NCBI GenBank assembly: GCA_012518465.1
Contig: JAAYSD010000010.1
Location: 7,638 to 71,637 of the forward strand
DNA from: Clostridiales bacterium
GTDB lineage: Bacteria; Bacillota; Clostridia; Oscillospirales; Ruminococcaceae
Reading direction: 5' to 3'
Length of the DNA stretch: 64,000 nt
The notes beneath the pieces were generated by a model. The model was not told where the DNA came from. It saw nothing but the letters and a program-made list of their open reading frames with translations, and ran no database searches. Positions 58,040 through 64,000 of this stretch are shown here, piece by piece (the first letter of the stretch is position 1; the number at the start of each line of letters is the position of its first letter). The position numbers and the translations under genes were made by a program.

Positions 58040-60407
58040 AGATTATAAAAAGCTTGAATTGGATAAAGTGCTGTATATATTATCCGAGCAGGCATATAGT
58101 GATAAGTGCAAGGAATTTTTAAGGAATCTTGAGCCATACGGTGACTTTGAAAAAGTACAATTGGAGATGGCTAAAACTGAAAGTGCTTTTAACTTGTCGG
58201 TTAAATATGGTACTCCACCTTTTACAAAGATTATTGATATTTGCGAAAGTGTTAAAAGAGCTTATCAAGGCTCAAAGCTTTCACTTAAGGAATTGCTTGA
58301 TACTGCTAAACTTTTAAGACAGGCAGGAAAGCTAAATCAGTGGAAGCAAGGCTGTGGCGAAACAGAAACGGTGCTAACACCGATATTTGAAAGACTATAT
58401 GTTGATGATACACTTGAAAAGGCGATAAGCGATTCTATTTTATCTGAGGAGGAAATTTCCGATTCTGCAAGCCCTGAGCTATTTGCTATTCGCAAAAAAA
58501 TAGCAAGAATGAGCAGTTCTATCCGTGAAAGACTTGAAAAGCTTGTTAAAAACAAGGATACTCAAAAATATTTGCAGGACAGCCTTATTACTATACGTGA
58601 TGGACGTTATGTAGTTCCTGTAAAGGCTGAGCATAAGGGAGCTGTAAGCGGGCTTGTTCATGACAGCTCTGCTAGTGGCTCGACCTTGTTTGTTGAGCCT
58701 ATGGCAGTGGTTGAGGCTAATAATGAAATCCGTATACTAAAAGGTAAGGAGCAGCAGGAAATTGAAAGAATTATTACTAAGCTTTCAGCTGATTCAGGCA
58801 GCATTTATCGAGAAATAGAGGAGAATTTTCATGCACTGATAGAGCTTGAAGGTGTTTTTGTAAAGGCAAATTTTGCGGCTAAAACAAATGCTGTTGCACC
58901 AAAGCTTGTTGAAGAACCTGTGATTATTCTAAATAAAGCAAGGCATCCATTGATAGACGCTGAAAAAGTTGTTCCCATAAGCCTTCAGCTTGATAATGAA
59001 AAGTCATGCTTAATTATAACCGGACCTAATACGGGAGGAAAGACTGTTGCTTTAAAAACAACGGGGCTTTTGACACTAATGGCTATGTGTGGAATGATGA
59101 TTCCAGCCGGTGAGGGGACTGTTATAGGAAGCTTTGATAAAATTCTAGCCGATATAGGTGATGAGCAGAGTATTGAGCAAAGCTTATCCACCTTTTCTTC
59201 ACATATGAAAAATATTGTTGATATACTTGAAATTGCCGATGACAAAACCTTAGTTTTACTTGATGAATTAGGCTCTGGCACTGACCCGATTGAAGGCTCG
59301 GCATTGGCTGTTTCGATTTTGACTAAGCTAATGCAGTTTTGCAGTAAGATTATTGCTACTACCCATTATCAAGAGGTGAAAATATTCGCTCTTCAAACTG
59401 ATGGTGTGGAAAATGCAAGCTGTGAATTTGATGTAGAAACATTGAAGCCTACTTATAGGCTTATTTTAGGCACTCCGGGGAAGTCTAATGCTTTTGCTAT
59501 TTCGAGCAGACTTGGCATGCCAAATAGCGTTATTGAATATGCAAGGACTTTGGTTAATTCTCAGGATTTGAGGTTTGAAGAGGTGGTTGATGCTCTTGAA
59601 AAGTCAAGAAAGGAGCTAGAAAAGGTTAAGGTATCGTTGGACTATGAAAATCAACAGGCTAAGCTTTTACATGAGGAATATGAAAAAAAGCTGACTAGAT
59701 TAGAGCAGGAAAAGGAAAAAGAGCTAGAAAACGCTAGAAGTAAAGCTATGTCAATGATAGAGGAAATCAGACATAGGTCTAATATTCTTATATCGGAGCT
59801 TGAGCAGATTAAAAAGGAAAAGAAATCAGAAGCTTTAAAAAGTGGTTTTGGTTCAGTAAAATCAAGAACTGAAAAAGAGCTTGACAAATTATTTGATAAG
59901 GCAAACCCTGTTATATCCAAAAGGAAGGAATCCTATAAGCTGCCAAGAAAGCTGATTTTGGGGGATAGAGTGCTTTTAATTGATATAGATAAACAAGGGA
60001 ATATTATAAAATTACCTGATAAACAAGGAAATTGCTTAGTGCAAGTAGGCATAATAAAGACGAAAACAAATATATCAAATTTAAAGCTTATAGAGGAAAA
60101 AAAGGTTGATAAAAAGGACGGAAGGGTAATAAAATCCGTTACAAGTGTAATGGAAAGAAAAGCCTCTATGGAGCTTGATATAAGAGGTATGAGCAGTGAT
60201 GAGGGAATTATTGAGGCGGATAGGTTTATTGACAACTCAATTATGAGCGGTATCAGCCTTATCACTATTATTCATGGAAAGGGTACGGGCGTTTTACGCT
60301 CGGCTGTGCATGAGTTTTTGCGTACACACCCCAGTGTTAAGAGCTTTAGGCTTGGTGTATATGGTGAGGGAGAATCTGGTGTAACTGTTGTAGAATTAAA
60401 AAATTAA
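58032..60407 (+). CDS. mutS2: endonuclease MutS2
   Basis: Walker A is GPNTGGKTV. DELGSGTDP is present, and a C-terminal Smr domain follows (ELDIRGM...IIHGKGTGVLR). Confidence 0.95.
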   Translation: MIKDYKKLELDKVLYILSEQAYSDKCKEFLRNLEPYGDFEKVQLEMAKTESAFNLSVKYGTPPFTKIIDICESVKRAYQGSKLSLKELLDTAKLLRQAGKLNQWKQGCGETETVLTPIFERLYVDDTLEKAISDSILSEEEISDSASPELFAIRKKIARMSSSIRERLEKLVKNKDTQKYLQDSLITIRDGRYVVPVKAEHKGAVSGLVHDSSASGSTLFVEPMAVVEANNEIRILKGKEQQEIERIITKLSADSGSIYREIEENFHALIELEGVFVKANFAAKTNAVAPKLVEEPVIILNKARHPLIDAEKVVPISLQLDNEKSCLIITGPNTGGKTVALKTTGLLTLMAMCGMMIPAGEGTVIGSFDKILADIGDEQSIEQSLSTFSSHMKNIVDILEIADDKTLVLLDELGSGTDPIEGSALAVSILTKLMQFCSKIIATTHYQEVKIFALQTDGVENASCEFDVETLKPTYRLILGTPGKSNAFAISSRLGMPNSVIEYARTLVNSQDLRFEEVVDALEKSRKELEKVKVSLDYENQQAKLLHEEYEKKLTRLEQEKEKELENARSKAMSMIEEIRHRSNILISELEQIKKEKKSEALKSGFGSVKSRTEKELDKLFDKANPVISKRKESYKLPRKLILGDRVLLIDIDKQGNIIKLPDKQGNCLVQVGIIKTKTNISNLKLIEEKKVDKKDGRVIKSVTSVMERKASMELDIRGMSSDEGIIEADRFIDNSIMSGISLITIIHGKGTGVLRSAVHEFLRTHPSVKSFRLGVYGEGESGVTVVELKN

Positions 60408-60467
60408 TATAAATAAAAATTCACCTTGATGAATATTATTCATTATAATATTATTTGAGGTGGTAAA

Positions 60468-61070
60468 ATGATTAAAATAAAGTTTTTGGGAATTAAAGCC
60501 CTCTTCGATTTCAGTTTTTTTGCAGTCATAGCATTGTTTTTTCTATATGATAGTACTGATTTGGCGATATATAGCTTTGTAGCTTGTATTATTCATGAGT
60601 TGGCACATGTTTTTATGATGAATGCTTTTGATATTCCTCCGAACTCACTAGTTTTTTACGGAGGAGGAATAAAAATAAGTGAAAGAGAAATTGAGAGATT
60701 AAAGCTGTACAAGCAAGCAATAATAACATCTGCCGGTTGCGTGATTAATTTCATTATGGCTGGAATTTCCTTTGCATTAGCAGATGGCTCTGATTTAAAA
60801 ATATTGATTTTTGCATATTCTAATTTGATGGTCGGTGCTATAAATTTATTGCCCATTGGTTATTTTGATGGTGCAGGATTAATGAAATTGATTTTAATTA
60901 AAAAAATGCAGCCCTTTCAAGTAGATTCCGCTATGAAGGTTGTAAGAAGAATGTTTGGTTTTGCTTCAATATTTGCACTTTTGTTAATGATAGTATATCG
61001 TCAAGCTAATTTTACAATATATGTTATAGCCTTGTATTTCATTTTTGCGGGATTTAGTGATAGAGAATAA
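60468..61070 (+). CDS. M50-family (site-2 protease / SpoIVFB-like) membrane metallopeptidase
   Basis: HELAH sits within a TM helix and NLLPIGYFDGAG is the second motif. Length is 200 aa. Confidence 0.75.
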   Translation: MIKIKFLGIKALFDFSFFAVIALFFLYDSTDLAIYSFVACIIHELAHVFMMNAFDIPPNSLVFYGGGIKISEREIERLKLYKQAIITSAGCVINFIMAGISFALADGSDLKILIFAYSNLMVGAINLLPIGYFDGAGLMKLILIKKMQPFQVDSAMKVVRRMFGFASIFALLLMIVYRQANFTIYVIALYFIFAGFSDRE

Positions 61071-61248
61071 TGGTAAAAATAATGTTATTTTGATTTAAAA
61101 TCATGCTTTTTGCAAACAAAATGTAAAATTATATCGTAAATATACATATAGTATAACGGTTTTTGGAATATAATTTCATTTATAAATTATACAATATTGA
61201 AAAGTAAGCGAAATTTTGATGATTTTAATAAAAACCCATGAAAAACAC

Positions 61249-61277
61249 TTGCAAAATTTTTGATATAGTGTTATACT
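61249..61277 (+). promoter_or_regulatory. rplS promoter
   Basis: TTGCAA, 17-nt spacer, TGtTATACT (extended -10). Confidence 0.6.
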
Positions 61278-61422
61278 ATTAAAGCATTTGTATCCTTTAT
61301 AGCTGAAAAAGTTGTCTTCCGACGCTATAATGTGATTAATGCGGGAAAATACCCACATTAAAACGGGCAGTCCTCTGCTATATATTTAGCAAGAATGTCT
61401 GAGATTTTAGGAGGATTAAAAA
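61278..61422 (+). promoter_or_regulatory. structured rplS 5' leader, a candidate ribosomal-protein L19 leader
   Basis: The leader of about 140 nt has nested hairpins (tatagc...gctata and aatgtg...cacatt around gcggg..ccc). An L19 autoregulatory leader is described in Firmicutes, but I cannot verify a motif match by eye. Confidence 0.35.
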
Positions 61423-61764
61423 ATGGACGCATTAAAATTGATTGAGCAGGGCAGCATTAGAGAAGATGCACCAAAGTTTAACGTAGGTGATACCGTAAAG
61501 GTTCACGTTAGAATTCCTGAGGGCGATAAGTTCCGTATTCAGATTTTTGAGGGAACAGTTATTGCTAAAAAGCATGGCGGTGTTAGAGAAACCTTTACTG
61601 TACGTAGGGTAGCTCACGGCACTGGTGTTGAGAGGGTTTTCCCTGTTCATTGTCCAACTGTTGACAAGGTTGAAGTTGTCAGAAAAGGTAAAGTACGCAG
61701 ATCCAAGCTTTATTATCTTCGTGATAAGGTTGGTAAGGCTGCAAAGGTTAAATCTAAGGTTTAA
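61423..61764 (+). CDS. rplS: 50S ribosomal protein L19
   Basis: Matching motifs are [52 protein letters not shown]. Confidence 0.97.
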   Translation: MDALKLIEQGSIREDAPKFNVGDTVKVHVRIPEGDKFRIQIFEGTVIAKKHGGVRETFTVRRVAHGTGVERVFPVHCPTVDKVEVVRKGKVRRSKLYYLRDKVGKAAKVKSKV

Positions 61765-61784
61765 TCTATTTATAATGATGGTTG

Positions 61785-61808
61785 CACTGCAATTTTTTAA
61801 TTGCAGTG
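61785..61808 (+). terminator. hairpin after rplS
   Basis: cactgcaatt-tttt-aattgcagtg forms a 10-bp stem. No U-tract follows. Confidence 0.45.
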
Positions 61809-61855
61809 ATGCCTGATTTATTACCTTATATCAGTGCTTAAAGGGGGCTTGTGTT

Positions 61856-62452
61856 TTGGAAAACAGTAAAAAAGATAATGTGGCAGAAAAGCGTGATGCT
61901 CCCCAAAAAACTAATTATTGTTTAGAGCTTTTTGAGTGGATAGAAACACTCGTAAAGGCTTTTGTAATAATATTTATACTTAATATTTTTGTGTTTAGAA
62001 GTGTTACGGTTGTAGGGGATTCTATGGTGCCGACACTTACTGATGGTGATGCTGTTATTATTTCTAATTTTGCTTATGAGCCTCAAAGAGGCGATATAGT
62101 TGTTGTACAGGCTGATAATTTTAAAAATCAGCTTACCGGTGAAATGGGTGAGCCTATAATTAAGAGAGTTATTGGCATAGGCGGAGATGAGATATCCTTT
62201 GATACTCAAAATGGCGTTATTATCCGTAATGGTGAAGTGTTAGATGAAACATATACAAGCGATAAAACATATAGCTCGGGAAATTTTAAGGGCTCTGTAA
62301 AGATTCCTGAGGGTAAGGTGCTTGTTTTAGGTGATAATAGACCTATATCGAGGGATAGCAGAGATGCTATGCTTGGATTGGTTGATGAAAACTTAATAAT
62401 GGGCAAATTTGTGCTTAGGATTTTTCCTTTTAATAAAATAGGTGGGGTTTAG
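61856..62452 (+). CDS. lepB: signal peptidase I
   Basis: The catalytic Ser region is GDSMVPTL, the Lys region is IKRVIG and the box E motif is VLGDNRPISRDSR. It starts at TTG with an AAGGGGG RBS. Confidence 0.92.
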   Translation: MENSKKDNVAEKRDAPQKTNYCLELFEWIETLVKAFVIIFILNIFVFRSVTVVGDSMVPTLTDGDAVIISNFAYEPQRGDIVVVQADNFKNQLTGEMGEPIIKRVIGIGGDEISFDTQNGVIIRNGEVLDETYTSDKTYSSGNFKGSVKIPEGKVLVLGDNRPISRDSRDAMLGLVDENLIMGKFVLRIFPFNKIGGV

Positions 62453-63315
62453 TGAATAACAATAGCAAAAACGAGATTAAAAACATTCAGTGGTTTCCTG
62501 GGCATATGACAAAGGCTAGGAGAATTATTGAGGCTGACTTAAAGCTTGTTGATGCTGTGGCTGAGCTTGTTGATGCTAGAATACCTATTTCAAGCAGAAA
62601 CCCTGTTATTGATTCTATTGTGGGGAATAAGCCTAGAATAATTATTCTTAACAAATCTGATTATGCAGACGAAAAGGTGACTAAGCAGTGGAGAGATTTT
62701 TATAAAACTCAAGGCGTTTATGCTATATCCTGTGATTCACGTTCGGGAAAGAATGTAAAGAGCTTTGTACCTAATTTGAAAAATATTTTGGGCGACTTGA
62801 TTGAACGCAGACGATCTAAGGGTGTCATCGGAAAAGCTTTAAGAGTAATGGTTTTAGGGATTCCTAATGTAGGAAAATCTACTTTTATAAATAAGCTTGC
62901 CGGAGCTAAAAAGGCAAAGGCTGAGGATAGACCGGGCGTCACAAGAGGAAAGCAGTGGGTAACAATTGATAAAGAGATTGAGCTGCTTGATATGCCGGGT
63001 ATTTTGTGGCCTAAATTTGATGATCAGCAAACTGCTATGAAATTAGCTTTTACAGGTGCTATAAAAGATGATATTTTAGATATTGAGGGGCTTGCATTTC
63101 ATCTTTCACAGTTTTTAGCTGAAAATTATCCTGAAAGACTTATGCAAAGATACAAGCTTGATAGTATTAGCGATAATTTACTTTATGATATAGGCAAAAA
63201 ACGAGGAATGTTAGTTTCAGGTGGCGAGGTTGATACGGAACGTGCAGCTATCATGCTTTTAGATGAATTCAGGGGTGGTAAGATTGGTAAAATCAGTTTT
63301 GAAAAGCCTTTATGA
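62452..63315 (+). CDS. rbgA: ribosome biogenesis GTPase YlqF/RbgA
   Basis: This is a circularly permuted GTPase with WFPGHM, G4 NKSD upstream of G1 GIPNVGKST, and DMPG. The GTG start is uncertain. Confidence 0.9.
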   Translation: MNNNSKNEIKNIQWFPGHMTKARRIIEADLKLVDAVAELVDARIPISSRNPVIDSIVGNKPRIIILNKSDYADEKVTKQWRDFYKTQGVYAISCDSRSGKNVKSFVPNLKNILGDLIERRRSKGVIGKALRVMVLGIPNVGKSTFINKLAGAKKAKAEDRPGVTRGKQWVTIDKEIELLDMPGILWPKFDDQQTAMKLAFTGAIKDDILDIEGLAFHLSQFLAENYPERLMQRYKLDSISDNLLYDIGKKRGMLVSGGEVDTERAAIMLLDEFRGGKIGKISFEKPL

Positions 63316-63922
63316 TTTCGACAAAAAATATATGCATGAGCATGGTATAATTTGTGGCATAGATGAGGCAGGGCGAGGTCCGTTAGCAGGAGATGTGTAT
63401 GCTGCTGCTGTGGTTTTTGATGAAGATACTGTTATCGACGGTATAAATGATAGTAAAAAACTTACAGCGAAAAAACGTGAATATTTATTTGATATAATAT
63501 GCGAAAAGGCAAAGGCTTTTTCTATTGCAACAGCTAGTGTTGAGGAAATTGAAGAAATAAATATACTTAATGCTGCTATGCTAGCGATGTATAGAGCTTA
63601 TGATGATATATCACAAAAGCTTGATATCAATTATGTTTTAGTCGATGGAAATCGTATGCCAAAGCAGCTAAATCACATGGGTGAACCTATTGTAAAGGGT
63701 GATGCCTTCTCACAATCTATTGCGGCAGCATCTATTTTAGCAAAGGTCGCTAGAGATAGGTACGCAGTACGTCTTGATTATCTTTATCCAGAATATGGAT
63801 TTGCAAGGCACAAGGGATATGGCACAAAGCTTCATATTGAAAATATTTTAAAGTATGGCCCTTGTGATATTCATAGAAAATCATTTCTTAAAAAAATTTT
63901 AGGTAAACAGAAAGATGAATAA
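63299..63922 (+). CDS. rnhB: ribonuclease HII
   Basis: Matching motifs are GIDEAGRGPLAG, DSKKLT and VDGN. The start is uncertain: TTG 63299, GTG 63296, ATG 63332 and the track ATG 63263 are all in frame. Confidence 0.9.
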   Translation: MKSLYDFDKKYMHEHGIICGIDEAGRGPLAGDVYAAAVVFDEDTVIDGINDSKKLTAKKREYLFDIICEKAKAFSIATASVEEIEEINILNAAMLAMYRAYDDISQKLDINYVLVDGNRMPKQLNHMGEPIVKGDAFSQSIAAASILAKVARDRYAVRLDYLYPEYGFARHKGYGTKLHIENILKYGPCDIHRKSFLKKILGKQKDE

Positions 63923-64000
63923 AAGGGAAATTGGACAAGCGTGTGAAAATTCTGTTTGTAATTCTCTTAAAAAACGTGGCTATACTATAATTTCAAGAAA
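63915..64000 (+). CDS. yraN: YraN-family (UPF0102) endonuclease, N-terminal fragment running off the window
   Basis: The ATG overlaps the rnhB 3' end. The translation MNKREIGQACENSVCNSLKKRGYTIISR fits the YraN N-terminus (G...E......L...GY.I..RN) and the conserved rnhB-yraN order. Confidence 0.6.
   Translation, partial: MNKREIGQACENSVCNSLKKRGYTIISR

Overview
This is a visibly AT-rich chromosomal segment from a low-GC Firmicute, almost certainly a spore-forming, cellulolytic member of the Clostridia. Supporting genes are splB, ylbJ, yqfC, yqfD, an SpoIVFB-like M50 protease and a GH48-CBM3 exoglucanase.

Most of the window is syntenic housekeeping DNA:
- an acyl-CoA dehydratase-activase-like giant protein, then SPFH, then pcrA
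- cysK divergent from an Rrf2 regulator, followed by a Crp/Fnr regulator and pyruvate:ferredoxin oxidoreductase
- trxA
- coaBC, panT and coaX
- ilvE and glyQS
- ybaK
- a Zur-type zinc ABC importer
- the conserved blocks yqfC-yqfD-phoH-ybeY-dgkA-era-recO-mutS2 and rplS-lepB-rbgA-rnhB-yraN

Six tRNA genes are present: a single tRNA-Leu(CAA), and a minus-strand Gly-Arg-His-Gln-Gln cluster.

Accessory-looking parts:
- The left 9.5 kb holds a 2664-aa Ig-repeat surface protein with three ~1 kb super-repeats and small unknown neighbours.
- A two-gene unit encodes a tandem BclA-C-terminal/C1q-like protein and an APH/CotS-type kinase, next to a stand-alone GH48-X2-CBM3 cellulase.
- One gene fuses a FUSC/ArAE membrane domain to a degenerate HAD domain.

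I found no CRISPR array, transposase, integrase, reverse transcriptase, or recognisable defence or toxin-antitoxin module, and no clear-cut novel multi-gene system.

The best leads are:
- the giant tail-anchored repeat protein locus
- a frameshift at a G8 tract that splits the pantothenate ECF S-component gene inside the CoA cluster
- the BclA-like/kinase pair
- the co-transcribed activase-fusion/SPFH/PcrA unit
- several candidate cis-regulatory elements: a Fur-family 10-1-10 palindrome at the zinc operon promoter, a 14-bp palindrome at the panT promoter, and an orphan terminator or possible sRNA in a 540-nt gap

All functional calls rest on motif recognition by eye in the translated ORFs. No database search was run.
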